A stretch of 64,000 nucleotides of DNA, taken from Candidatus Latescibacterota bacterium. Its GTDB lineage: Bacteria; Latescibacterota; UBA2968; UBA8231. The position numbers and the translations under genes are program-made. How positions within the stretch are numbered: position 1 is the stretch's first letter; each line of letters opens with the position of its first letter. Where the stretch lies: assembly GCA_965223905.1 (NCBI GenBank), contig CBDCXV010000010.1:1248001-1312000 (forward strand), written 5' to 3'. Below are positions 47,724-57,834 of this stretch, in pieces. The notes below the pieces were generated by a model. The model was not told where the DNA came from and did no database searches. It saw only the letters and a list, made by a program, of their open reading frames with translations.

Positions 47724-48015
47724 TTGCCAACGCCACCGGTATGCCCGAACGGTTGGCGCCTGGGCGATGGCCGCTTCATGTGCTGCGAGTGTGGGGCGCG
47801 CAGTTCGGTGACGGCGGGGACGATCTTTGACCGAACCCGGACGCTGCTGAGCGTGTGGTTCACCGCCTGCGGGTTGTTCGCTACCGGCAAGGACGGGATC
47901 TCGGCGTTGAGCTTGAAGCGGTGCTGGAGATCGGCTCGTACCAGACCGCGTCACCGACGGTGGCCGGCCTACCAGGGACTGGCGCAACTCGGCTACGTGC
48001 ATGATCGTCGCTCTC
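47724..48015 (+). mobile_element. IS1595-family transposase remnant
   Basis: Zn-ribbon GWRLGDGRFMCCECGARSSVTAGTIFDRTRT..SVWF...GISALSL plus a DDE-region piece (WPAYQGL..LGYVH); heavily deleted. Confidence 0.78.
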
Positions 48016-48055
48016 AAGGCGTAGCCGGTGCTCCCCTTGGCGGACGCCGCCCCGG
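48016..48055. repeat. 40-bp direct repeat Q, left copy
   Basis: aaggcgtagccggtgctccccttggcggacgccgccccgg; 36/40 identical to 63705-63744. Confidence 0.85.
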
Positions 48056-48174
48056 GCGGCCACTTGGAGATCCGGCTGCCCTCTCAGAACCCGCGATTTC
48101 TTTTCTGATTGGCCGGCCTCTGCGAAACGCCGCTCTGCCGCCAGCGTTTGCCGGCCGATGACAAAGCGGCCCCC

Positions 48175-51100
48175 TCATCTCAGCAGGGTCATCTTGCGCA
48201 CCAGGGCCCGATCCCCGGCCCTGAGCCGATAGAAGTAGACGCCGGCGGCCACCGGGCGGCCCTGTTCGTCGCGGCCCTCCCAGAAGACATCGTGTATCCC
48301 GGCTTTCAGGGTGCGTCCGGGGATCAGCTTCCTCACCACCTGCCCGGCGAGGCTGTAGACGACCAGGGAGACCTCCCCGGCTTCGGGCACCTGGAAGTAG
48401 ATCGTCGTGCTGGGGTTGAAGGGGTTGGGCGCGGCCAGGGCGGCCAGACCGTCGAGGCCTGTGAGGGCCAGCTGCTCGGCCAGGGCCTTGGCCGCGGCCG
48501 AGCGGGTTATGGCCGATCCCGAGTTTGACCAAGGCCCGGTGCCTTCCTTGCTGGTGGCCTTCAAGCGGACGGTGTACAGGGTGTATGCAGGCAGGCCCGT
48601 CAGCGTCTTACTGGTCACCCGGCCGAGCGTCGTTTCCGAGCATACGGCCTGACGCGGCGCATCGGAGTCGTCCTTCTCCTCCTCCGGCGGATCCTCCTCC
48701 GACCGGAAAGCAGGGTAGCAGTATTGCATGGTGTAGCCGGTGACGGGCGCGCCGCTCGTCGGGTGAGACCAGCTGACCTCGAGTTTGCCCGTGCCCGACG
48801 AAGGCACCCTGACCGTCGGGACCGTCATCTTGCTGGGCGGGCCGATGTCCTGAACGGTGGCGTTGATCAGCTTGTTGCTGTTCGCCGGAGGGTTGGCGTC
48901 GTCAGTAGCCCGGATCCTGACCACATAGATGTTGTTGGTATTCGCATCGGTGGGATCCTCGTAGTCCGGCGCCGACTCGAACCTCAGGGTCAGGCTCGAA
49001 CCCGACGAGGTGAAGGAGAACTCGTCGCTGTCCGTGCTGTAGATGTCCCAGGTAATGCCGTCCCCTTCGGCGTCCGTGGCCGTATACGTGCCCACGGCGG
49101 TGGTGTTCTCGTTGACATTCTGGCGCGCCGTGCCTGAAATCACCGGAGCCGTATTGGCCCGCGTGTAGGTCCTTCGTATGGCCGACCAGGGACTGTCTCC
49201 CTCGTCGCTGGTCGCTTTCACGCGAACCGAGTATCGGGTCCCGGAGCGCAGGTTCTCCAGGGTCGTGCTCGTGGTACCGGCATCGAAGGGCAAGGTGGTC
49301 GTGGAGCTGCAGGCGTTGGTTTGGCAATACTGCAGCTTCCATCCTGTGACTGGGGCATCGCTGGCCGACGTGGACCACCCGACGTCCAGTTCTTCGTGTC
49401 CATTGGTAGCCGGAACCGTGACGGTGACCGTGGGCTTTCCTGGCGGGCCTACGTTTCTGACGCTGACGGTCACCGCCCGGCTGGCCGAGGACGACGACGA
49501 GCAGCCGCCCCGGGCCCGGATCGTGACCTGGTACTGGCGGGAATCGGTCTCGTAGTCGGGGGCGCTGCGGAAGCTCAAGGTGCCCCCGGAGAAATTGAAC
49601 GCGCTCGCGTCGGCCCCTCCCAGCGGCAACCAGCGGCCGCCGCCGCCGTCCGGGTCGCTGAGGGAATAGCTGGCCACCGCGGTGGTGTTCTCGGGGATCG
49701 ACTGGGACGTGGGACCCGAGATCGTCGGGGCACCGCAGTCGGTGCGGCCGCTGCCGGCGGCCCAGCCGCTGGTGCCCTCGTCGTTGGCGGCATTCACCTG
49801 CACTTCGTACGCGGTGTTGGGCGTAAGGCTCGAAATCGTCGTCGAGGTCCCGGTGCCCGAAAACGAGTGCGTGCGCCAGTTTCCCGAGGCCCGGTATTGC
49901 ACGTCGTAGTCGGTGACCGGCGGCCGGCCGCTGGTGTTGGGCGCGTCCCATTCCACCTCCACACTCGTGCGCCCCGCCGCCGACACCCGCACATTGGACG
50001 GCGGTCCCGGCGGCTCGTCGACATCGGTCACGTTCACGGTTACCGTCTCGGTGTCGGACGCCCCCTTCGGGTCCGTCGCCCGGACGGTCAGGCTGTATGA
50101 AGTGGTGCCGCTTTCGTAGCTCGGGGCATTCTGGAAGCTCACCTCGCCGCTGCTACTGATCTGGAAGACGTTCCCGATCACGGACCAGGTGATGGCTTGG
50201 CCTTCCGGGTCCGTGGCCGTGAAGGTGGCTACGGACCGGGTGTTCTCCGGCACGGACTGCGTGCCGGTGTCGTCGATGACCGGCGGCCGGTTCGGCGCCT
50301 TCACCGCAGCGGTAGCGTCGCTCTGCGCGCTCTTGCCCGGACCGTGGGCGTCGGTGTAGCCGACCGTCGCCCGCAGCTGCTTGCCCACATCCGACGTCAC
50401 CGGCGTGTAGCGGGACGTGGCCGCAATGGGGTAGCGCGCCGACCGCTCGATAGGCACCCACCCCGAACTCGCGTCGGCCCGCCGCTGCCACTGCCAGCTA
50501 GTGTCCGCCACGCTCCCGTCTACGTCCACCAGGGTGGCCGTCATCCGCCGACCTACCTCCGGCGACGACGTCGACAAACGCACCGTGCCGGGGGTGTCGG
50601 CCGGCCTCACCGACGACGTCACCGCGCTCTGCGCGCTCTTGTTCGGACCGTGGGCGTCGGTGTAGCCGACCGTCGCCCGCAGCTGCTTGCCCACATCCGA
50701 CGTCATCGGCGTGTAGCGGGACGTGGCCGCAATGGGGTAGCGCGCCGACCGCTCGATAGGCACCCACCCCGAACTCGCGTCGGCCCGCCGCTGCCACTGC
50801 CAGCTAGTGTCCGCCACGCTCCCGTCGACGTCCACCAGGGTGGCCGTCATCCGCCGACCTACCTCCGGCGACGACGTCGACAAACGCACCGTGCCCGGGG
50901 AGTCGCCGTCGTCGTCAACCAGCCTCACCGTAGCGGTTGCGTGCGTGCCCGTGCTCACCCTCTCCGGCAGATCCCCGAATCCCAACGCCACCGACTCGTC
51001 GACCCGGTCGGCATCCTGAGTCGCCGTGACCGTAAACGACTGAGAGGTCGTGCTGCCCGAAAACGACAGCGTGTCTTCCACCCCCGGCCACGTCGCCGTG

Positions 51101-54100
51101 TAGTCGCCCGACTCAGGAGCTCTCGTGATCGGGATCTTCACCAACCGCTCCGCCGCCGCCGACAGCGACACCGTCACCGCCACCGACTCGCCCCCTTCGA
51201 CGGCCTCATACGACGAGCGGCCGAACGTGACCGTCAGCCGCCGGGGTGCAACCAACTCGGCGTACTCCCTGGCCGCCACCTTGCCGGACCCGTGCGCGTC
51301 CGCGTAGTAGACGCGGGCGCTCAGCAACAACCCGGCGTCCCCTGACACCGGCCGGTAGGTCGTGTCCGACGCCACGCGCTGGAGAGCGCGGCCGCCGGGG
51401 CCCGGCTGCCGCGTCTGCCACTGCCAGACCGCGCCGGTCACACCCCCGTCCGGGTCTCTCAGCTGCGCCCTCAGCTGGTGGCCGACCTGGGGCGACGTCG
51501 GCGGCGCCAGGGAGACCACGCCCGGATCGTCCTCGTTGGTGATGCGAACGGACACGCCCAACGTCGTATCCGCTGCCGGCGGCCCGGCGTCTTCGGCTTC
51601 CACGATCACGCTCCAGACGGTGTCCCCGTCAGCGTCCTTCGGGTGTTCGTAGTCGGGCTCCACCAGGAAGCTGAGAACGCCCTGGTCGCTCAGGACCAGC
51701 GTGTCAGACTTGGCATCGGCCCCCGACAGCGTCCACGTGACCCCCGTGGCCAGGCTGCCGTCGTCCGTCCAGCAGGCGCCGTAGTCTTCCACCAGGCCCG
51801 TAGCCCCCTCCGCGAACGTCGTGTCGGCCGCGCCCAGAATCTCCAGCCGCCGGACAGGAGGCGGGGGAGCTGTCGCAACGACCGGATGCGTTTCACCGCT
51901 CTGCGCGCTCTTGCGGTCCTCCTCGTCGGCGCTTTCCCCATCCAGGTAGGAGGCGGTCACCCGCAGCCGATAGCCCACATCGTCCTCCGTCGGCGTGTAA
52001 TAGACATATCCCGGATAGGTGGAGGGAGGCGTCCGCGTTTCCTCATCCGTGGTGGTGGGCTCCCAGCCCGACGAGCCCAGACGCTGCCACTGCTGCGAAC
52101 GCACGTCCACGTTCCCGTCCGGGTCGGTGAGCGTCCCCCTCACCCGCACGTCCACCTGGGGCGTCCCCGTGAGAAACTCGATCCGGCCGGGCCCCTCGTC
52201 CACGTTGGTCACCGTCACCTGAACGGTCAGCGGATTCGACAACAGCGATCCGTCGCTCGTGCGCAGGCTGACCTCGTAGACGTCGTTGCGGTCCGCGTCG
52301 GCGGTGCCCTCGAAATCGGGGAAGTCCGGCCTGTCGGCGAAATACAGCGTGTCGCCGCTGATCCGGAAATGAGCCGCATCCGGGCCTTCTTTCTGCAACC
52401 TGAGCACGTCGTCCGGATTCGGGTCGGTCAGCCGGTAGGTGGCCACCGAGTCCTCCCGGTCCTCGGCGAACAACACCGCGGTGGGACCGTCCGGAGGGTC
52501 CGGCGGCGAGTTGGTCGCCGGCTCCACCAGGGTCACCGCAGCGCCGGCCGGGGAGCCGGCGGTCACCTGCCAGGGCAGCGAACCGAACCCCAGCCTCACC
52601 CTCCCGTCGTCGCCGTCGCCGTCCGGTTTCGCCGTGATCGTGAACGTCCGCGCGGCGTCGCCGTTCGAGAAGGTCAGGGTGTTGCCGCTGCCCAGCCCGC
52701 CCAGGCTGTAGTCGTCCGACTCGGTGCCGGCTTCCCCGGTCGCCTCGATCGGAATGCCCAGCTGCCGGTCCGCGGCCGGTTCCATGCGCACCGTCACCGT
52801 CGCCGCAGCGCCCCCCTCGGCCGCCTGGTACGACTCGGCGCCGAAGAAGACCTGCGCATGAATCACCCGGGCGGTGGAATCGCTCTGCGCGCGCTTGTCC
52901 GGGCCGAGGGCATCCGCATAGCCGACCGTCGCCCGCAGCCGCTTGCCCGCATCCCCTGGTTGCGGCGTATAGCTGGTCAGCCCCGGATAGCGCCCCGCCG
53001 GCAGGGGGGGCTCCCACGCGTCCGTATCCCGGTCCCGGTGCTGCCAATGCCACCCGTCCACCCGGATGCCCCTATCCTGATCGGTGAGCACCGCGGTCAG
53101 CGGCGTGCCCACCCGCGGCGACGACGAGATCAGGGTCACCTCGCCGGGATCGTCCACGTTGGTCACCCGCACCGACACCGGCAAGGCCGCATCCGCCGCC
53201 GGCTGACCGTCGGCGTTGGCCTCCACCGTCACCTCGTAGACCGTGTCTCGGTTGGCGTCGGCCGGATTCTCGTAGTCCGGCGGCTCCTCGAAGCGGAGCC
53301 GGCCCGCATCGTCGATCGTCAGGGTGTCGGCATCGGCCCCCCCGAGGGACCAGGACACCGGCGCGACCGCCTGCCCGTCCGCGGAGAGCGCCCGGTACGG
53401 GGCCACGACGCCCTCCCTCCTCTCGGCGAAGGTGGTATCCTGGGTGCCCACAATCACCAGGGCGCCGGTCGGGCGCTCGGCCAGGGTCAGGGTGGCGCGC
53501 GACGGCGTGCCCGCGCTCACCCCGGCCGGCAACGGCGTCCCGAACCCCAGACTCACCGTCTCGTCGTCTGAATCGGGATCCGCGTTCGCCTGAATCGCAA
53601 ACGACTGCGCCGTGGCCCCCGACTCGAACCACAGCGTGTCGGCCACCCCCGGCCACGTCACCGTGTAGTCGTCTTCCTCGGTCTCCGAATCCGGGGTCAC
53701 CGAAATCGGGATCTTCAGCGCCCGGTCCGTCTCCGGCGATACCGATACCGTCACCGATGCGGTGCCTCCTTCCGTCGCCGAATACGATTCCCTGTCGAAC
53801 GAGACCGTCAGGTCCGGCGGCTCCGGGGATTCTGCCACCGGGCCGATGGCCGCGCTCGCGGCCCCCTTGTCCGGGCCGTGCCCGTCCGTGTAGCTCACCG
53901 TCGCCTGAAGGTACTGCCCTGCATCGGCCGACACCGGCGTATACGCCGCCGCCGTGGCCCCCGAAATCGCGGTCCAGGCCGCCTGATCCGAGGCCCGCCG
54001 ATGCCACTGCCAGCCCGTCACCGCCGCCACCTCGTCCGCGTCGCTCAGCGTCGCCGACAGCTCCGTGCCCACCTGCGCCGTGGCCGGGTCGATCGACACC

Positions 54101-57100
54101 GTCCCGGGCGCATCGTCGTCGTCGACCAGAGACACCGTCGCCGTCGCCGGCGTGCCGGCGCTCACCCCCTCCGGCAGCGGCGTGCCGAAACCCAGCGTCA
54201 CCTCTTCGTCGTCCCAGTCGTCGTCCTGATTCGCCGTGATCGTAAACGTTTGCCGCTCCGCGCCCGAAGAAAACGACAGCGCTCCGTCCGTCAGCCCCGC
54301 CACCGTGAAGTCGCCCGACGGGGGATTGACCGTGATCGGGATGCTCAGCGCCTCCGACGCCGACGGCGACGGCGACAGCCGCACCGTCACCGTCGCCGCC
54401 TCGCCCCCTTCACTCGCCTGATACGCGGCCGCCGCGAAAGACACCGTGCGCCCCGCCGCCGCGGGCGTGGCCGTGGCCTGGGCGGCAGGACCCCACTCCT
54501 GGGGGTTCCCCGCCCGCACCTCGAACGTGTGCGCCTCCCCGTTGGTCAGGCCCTCCACCTGCTGACGACGGGCCGAGCCGTCCCCGGGCACCCGCACCCA
54601 TTTCACCGCCTCCGGACGACGGTATTGATACCTGTCGATGGTGCCCCCGTTGTTGCAGCCCGCCTCCCAAGTCAGCGTCACCTGCCCATCCCCGGGCGCC
54701 GCCTTCAGGTTGGCGGGGGCGCACGGCGGACCCGGTCCCACCGCCCTCGACGCCGTCGCGCTTACTCTTTGCCCGCCGAAGTCGTCGGTATAAGTGACTT
54801 CAACCCACAACCACTGATTGAGATCGCTCACCTGGGGCCTATACTGACGCGTGCGGGCGATCACTCCTAGTTTCGATTCACCGGAGCGCGACCCAGGGGC
54901 CGGCGCCGACAGCGAATCGCCGTCATCGGACCGAGACCACCTCTGCCGGCGCCAGCGCCAGCGCGCCTCTGCCAGCGCCGGGTTGTCCGGGTCGATGAGC
55001 GTCGGCGTCAGCTCCTGACCCACCCGCGGCTGAGTCGTGCTCCACTCCACCCGGCCGCGCGTGTCCGGCCTCTCCGGCGTCGCCGGCACCACGAACGATT
55101 CCGGACCCGTCTTCGTCCCCCGGAGCGCCCGCACCTGAAATTCGTAGGACACCCCGTTGGTCAGACTCCCCACCTCAACCGCCGTCACCGTCGCCCCGGT
55201 GCCGGTCGTTTGCCAGCTATCCGCATCCCAGGTGCCGCCCTCCTGCTTGTACCGGTACGACCACCCCGTGATGCCGGTGAGTCCGGCCGGTACATCCCAA
55301 CTCAACCCGACCGCCCCGGCCCGGGCCTCGGACCGCAAGCCCAGCACCGAAACCTCATTGGATTCCGGACTCTTCTGCTCTTCCGGCCCGATCAGGTACG
55401 CCGTGAACCGATAGGTCTTCCGGTTGTCCAACCGGTTGTCCACCGCCGCCACCGGCGCCGAGAAGGTCAGGCTGCTCGATACCCGTCCCCGCGCTTCCGA
55501 CGATCTCTCACCTGGGGCGCCGAAGGGAATCCCCCCCGTAACGAGTTTCACGAGGTCGTCCCCGGTGAACTCCAGGCACGTCTCGTCCGAACTCGGTCCT
55601 GTACAGCGCTCCAGCACCACATCCTCGAACGGGACCGGGGACACCGGTCCCAGACCCCCGCACGGGACCAGGCTCAAAGACACCCCAAATTCCAACTCGC
55701 CCAACTCGGAAAGCACCCGCAGGGCGAGCGGCTCCCCCCACTCCACTGGCAGGGTCGCGGCGAAGGCCTCCGACTTGGCCTCGTCGCCGCTCATACTGTG
55801 CGCGTCCCGGTAGCGCACCGTCGCCCGAACGGTCCGCCCTACGTCCGGCAACGTGGGCAGGAAAGCCCGGGCAAGTTCACCCAAATCCTCCGGTGCCTGG
55901 AGCACCGGAGTGCCATCTACCAACTCGCCGCCTGCCAGACGGTCCAACGTCCACACCTCGTCAGTCACGGGCCCGTCCGGGTCCTCCAGCCTAACCGTCA
56001 TACAAACACCCATCTTCGGGCTGTCCGTACCAAAACTCACCGTGCCGTCCTCGTCCACGTCGGTCACCGTCACCGTCACCCCGTAATCAGCCGACACGTT
56101 ATCCAGGCTCCCCACCGCCCGCACCCGTACGCGGTAGACGTTGACAGGGTCGTCGGGGTCTCCGCCCTTCGGCTCCTCATAGTCGGGGGCCGAATCGAAA
56201 CTCAACCGGCCCTCCGGGTCGATCGATAAATCATCGTTGTCGTAGTCCTCGTTTTCGTCCTCCACCAGCGACCAGGTGACCGAATCACCGATAAGGGAAC
56301 TGGCCGTGTAGGTTTCCACCGGGTCCGTGCCGATCTCGGCAAACTCAACCGCGCTCTCCCCCGAGATCATGCCGCAGTCCGAAAACGTCGCGTTCGACAT
56401 CGTCAGGGTGCCGTCAGACTCCAGGCAGTTCGTCCCATGGCGGAAAGTGACGTTGCTGAGGTCGGCTGTGCCCCCGCTTTCGACCCGGATGCCGTGCCAG
56501 TCGTCGTTCGACGGCGTAGCGCTGGCCGAACCAAAGGCAACCTCCCCGCCGGCAACCCCGCTTACAACGAGGGTGCCGCCATCCGCCACGATGAGCTCCG
56601 AGCGGGACGCGTCACTGCCGCCGCCGGTACCGTCGCTGCCGGCCGCAAAGCGGACCTCGGTCCCCTCGGTGACGGTCAGCGTCACCTCCTCCGCCTCCGC
56701 CACACCGTCCACGATGACCTCGCGCACAATGACATCGCCGTCGACATGGATGGTGCCCGACCACTCGCTGTCCCCGACCAGCTCGCCCGACCACGGGGTG
56801 GGACCGGTGGAGACGTGGAAGTTGTCGAGAAACAGGGTGTTGTCGGCAGGAGAACTGTATTTGCCGCCGTAGTGGATGTCCGCCCAGGCTCGGTTGATCC
56901 CGATGGTATCGGCGGTCGTATATCGCAGCTCATAGTTGCACAGGGCATTCTCTTTCTTCCCGTTGATCCAGACTTCGATGAGGCCGTTGGATTCGATGAT
57001 CGGATCCGTATCGTTCATCTTGATGCGCTGCTCGATGCGATACCATTGGCCCATCTGATGGTGCGGCAGGAGGTCCCATTCTACTCCATCGCTGCCGGAG

Positions 57101-57801
57101 GGGAAATGATCTCCGGTCCCGCAACTGTGATCGGTGTTTCCGCACTTCTGGTCGAGGTGGTAGACGTAGGAGATCGGCGACCATTCATCGTTAGTATATT
57201 CCGGTCCCCTTCCCGCCAACATGCGGGCCGACCATCCCAGTGAGTCGGGTTCCTGGGGCCACATGCCCCCCGACCCTGATTTATGGGTGCCCGCCAGACC
57301 CGGGATCTTTACTACATGGGCTTTGGCGCCGGCGGGTCTGAAAACCCAGCTTGGATCCAATTTAATGTGATAGCGCAAGTACATCTCGTCATTATCCGGG
57401 ACAAACGAGTCGCGAATCGGTTGCCCCTTCTTCCAGGTGGTATCGACGGCAGCGTCCCCCCGGACGACCTGACCCCCGAGGTAATAGCTGATGCTTCGGC
57501 CATAGTGGGGGGATTCGGGATCCCCTTCCATATTTGGGATAAACACCTTCAAAGACCGGTTGGCAATGACTCCCGACGCGTAGGTTATATCGAGGGTTGC
57601 CCTTTCTGGAAGACCACCTTGGATATGATTGAACTTGACATGGGGCAGGGCTTGGTTCTCGGTGTTAATCATCTTGTCGTTGTGATCCGCCCAGGTGCGG
57701 AGGATGGCTCGGTCCTCGAAGTCCTGCGCGAAATAGGTCGTATCCTGTGCCGAAACATGGACGCTCAAACACAGCAGACTCAGGTATATCGCCTTTTTCA
57801 T
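48175..57801 (-). CDS. Giant secreted protein (3208 aa): PL14-like polysaccharide lyase domain + cadherin/Calx-beta/FN3/Ig repeats + C-terminal FlgD-Ig sorting-like domain
   Basis: Signal peptide; EMYLRYHIK...KIPGLAG...GWSARML...SYVYH...GQWYRIEQRIKMN...NGLIEVWING...YGG; PDYE..D...NVY cadherin, SF...SY.A.EG Calx-beta and FN3 units; APNPFNPSTTIYF...WEGRDEQGRPVAAGVYFYRL...KMTLLR. Confidence 0.88.
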   Translation of the reverse strand: MKKAIYLSLLCLSVHVSAQDTTYFAQDFEDRAILRTWADHNDKMINTENQALPHVKFNHIQGGLPERATLDITYASGVIANRSLKVFIPNMEGDPESPHYGRSISYYLGGQVVRGDAAVDTTWKKGQPIRDSFVPDNDEMYLRYHIKLDPSWVFRPAGAKAHVVKIPGLAGTHKSGSGGMWPQEPDSLGWSARMLAGRGPEYTNDEWSPISYVYHLDQKCGNTDHSCGTGDHFPSGSDGVEWDLLPHHQMGQWYRIEQRIKMNDTDPIIESNGLIEVWINGKKENALCNYELRYTTADTIGINRAWADIHYGGKYSSPADNTLFLDNFHVSTGPTPWSGELVGDSEWSGTIHVDGDVIVREVIVDGVAEAEEVTLTVTEGTEVRFAAGSDGTGGGSDASRSELIVADGGTLVVSGVAGGEVAFGSASATPSNDDWHGIRVESGGTADLSNVTFRHGTNCLESDGTLTMSNATFSDCGMISGESAVEFAEIGTDPVETYTASSLIGDSVTWSLVEDENEDYDNDDLSIDPEGRLSFDSAPDYEEPKGGDPDDPVNVYRVRVRAVGSLDNVSADYGVTVTVTDVDEDGTVSFGTDSPKMGVCMTVRLEDPDGPVTDEVWTLDRLAGGELVDGTPVLQAPEDLGELARAFLPTLPDVGRTVRATVRYRDAHSMSGDEAKSEAFAATLPVEWGEPLALRVLSELGELEFGVSLSLVPCGGLGPVSPVPFEDVVLERCTGPSSDETCLEFTGDDLVKLVTGGIPFGAPGERSSEARGRVSSSLTFSAPVAAVDNRLDNRKTYRFTAYLIGPEEQKSPESNEVSVLGLRSEARAGAVGLSWDVPAGLTGITGWSYRYKQEGGTWDADSWQTTGTGATVTAVEVGSLTNGVSYEFQVRALRGTKTGPESFVVPATPERPDTRGRVEWSTTQPRVGQELTPTLIDPDNPALAEARWRWRRQRWSRSDDGDSLSAPAPGSRSGESKLGVIARTRQYRPQVSDLNQWLWVEVTYTDDFGGQRVSATASRAVGPGPPCAPANLKAAPGDGQVTLTWEAGCNNGGTIDRYQYRRPEAVKWVRVPGDGSARRQQVEGLTNGEAHTFEVRAGNPQEWGPAAQATATPAAAGRTVSFAAAAYQASEGGEAATVTVRLSPSPSASEALSIPITVNPPSGDFTVAGLTDGALSFSSGAERQTFTITANQDDDWDDEEVTLGFGTPLPEGVSAGTPATATVSLVDDDDAPGTVSIDPATAQVGTELSATLSDADEVAAVTGWQWHRRASDQAAWTAISGATAAAYTPVSADAGQYLQATVSYTDGHGPDKGAASAAIGPVAESPEPPDLTVSFDRESYSATEGGTASVTVSVSPETDRALKIPISVTPDSETEEDDYTVTWPGVADTLWFESGATAQSFAIQANADPDSDDETVSLGFGTPLPAGVSAGTPSRATLTLAERPTGALVIVGTQDTTFAERREGVVAPYRALSADGQAVAPVSWSLGGADADTLTIDDAGRLRFEEPPDYENPADANRDTVYEVTVEANADGQPAADAALPVSVRVTNVDDPGEVTLISSSPRVGTPLTAVLTDQDRGIRVDGWHWQHRDRDTDAWEPPLPAGRYPGLTSYTPQPGDAGKRLRATVGYADALGPDKRAQSDSTARVIHAQVFFGAESYQAAEGGAAATVTVRMEPAADRQLGIPIEATGEAGTESDDYSLGGLGSGNTLTFSNGDAARTFTITAKPDGDGDDGRVRLGFGSLPWQVTAGSPAGAAVTLVEPATNSPPDPPDGPTAVLFAEDREDSVATYRLTDPNPDDVLRLQKEGPDAAHFRISGDTLYFADRPDFPDFEGTADADRNDVYEVSLRTSDGSLLSNPLTVQVTVTNVDEGPGRIEFLTGTPQVDVRVRGTLTDPDGNVDVRSQQWQRLGSSGWEPTTTDEETRTPPSTYPGYVYYTPTEDDVGYRLRVTASYLDGESADEEDRKSAQSGETHPVVATAPPPPVRRLEILGAADTTFAEGATGLVEDYGACWTDDGSLATGVTWTLSGADAKSDTLVLSDQGVLSFLVEPDYEHPKDADGDTVWSVIVEAEDAGPPAADTTLGVSVRITNEDDPGVVSLAPPTSPQVGHQLRAQLRDPDGGVTGAVWQWQTRQPGPGGRALQRVASDTTYRPVSGDAGLLLSARVYYADAHGSGKVAAREYAELVAPRRLTVTFGRSSYEAVEGGESVAVTVSLSAAAERLVKIPITRAPESGDYTATWPGVEDTLSFSGSTTSQSFTVTATQDADRVDESVALGFGDLPERVSTGTHATATVRLVDDDGDSPGTVRLSTSSPEVGRRMTATLVDVDGSVADTSWQWQRRADASSGWVPIERSARYPIAATSRYTPMTSDVGKQLRATVGYTDAHGPNKSAQSAVTSSVRPADTPGTVRLSTSSPEVGRRMTATLVDVDGSVADTSWQWQRRADASSGWVPIERSARYPIAATSRYTPVTSDVGKQLRATVGYTDAHGPGKSAQSDATAAVKAPNRPPVIDDTGTQSVPENTRSVATFTATDPEGQAITWSVIGNVFQISSSGEVSFQNAPSYESGTTSYSLTVRATDPKGASDTETVTVNVTDVDEPPGPPSNVRVSAAGRTSVEVEWDAPNTSGRPPVTDYDVQYRASGNWRTHSFSGTGTSTTISSLTPNTAYEVQVNAANDEGTSGWAAGSGRTDCGAPTISGPTSQSIPENTTAVASYSLSDPDGGGGRWLPLGGADASAFNFSGGTLSFRSAPDYETDSRQYQVTIRARGGCSSSSSASRAVTVSVRNVGPPGKPTVTVTVPATNGHEELDVGWSTSASDAPVTGWKLQYCQTNACSSTTTLPFDAGTTSTTLENLRSGTRYSVRVKATSDEGDSPWSAIRRTYTRANTAPVISGTARQNVNENTTAVGTYTATDAEGDGITWDIYSTDSDEFSFTSSGSSLTLRFESAPDYEDPTDANTNNIYVVRIRATDDANPPANSNKLINATVQDIGPPSKMTVPTVRVPSSGTGKLEVSWSHPTSGAPVTGYTMQYCYPAFRSEEDPPEEEKDDSDAPRQAVCSETTLGRVTSKTLTGLPAYTLYTVRLKATSKEGTGPWSNSGSAITRSAAAKALAEQLALTGLDGLAALAAPNPFNPSTTIYFQVPEAGEVSLVVYSLAGQVVRKLIPGRTLKAGIHDVFWEGRDEQGRPVAAGVYFYRLRAGDRALVRKMTLLR
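50319..50898. repeat. Recent intragenic tandem duplication (306-bp period) of one Ig-like domain
   Basis: Near-identical DNA encoding PGTVRLSTSSPEVGRRM...KSAQS twice. Confidence 0.92.
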
Positions 57802-57834
57802 TTGCTTTATTCTTTCTGTCTTCTTGGAAGTTGG

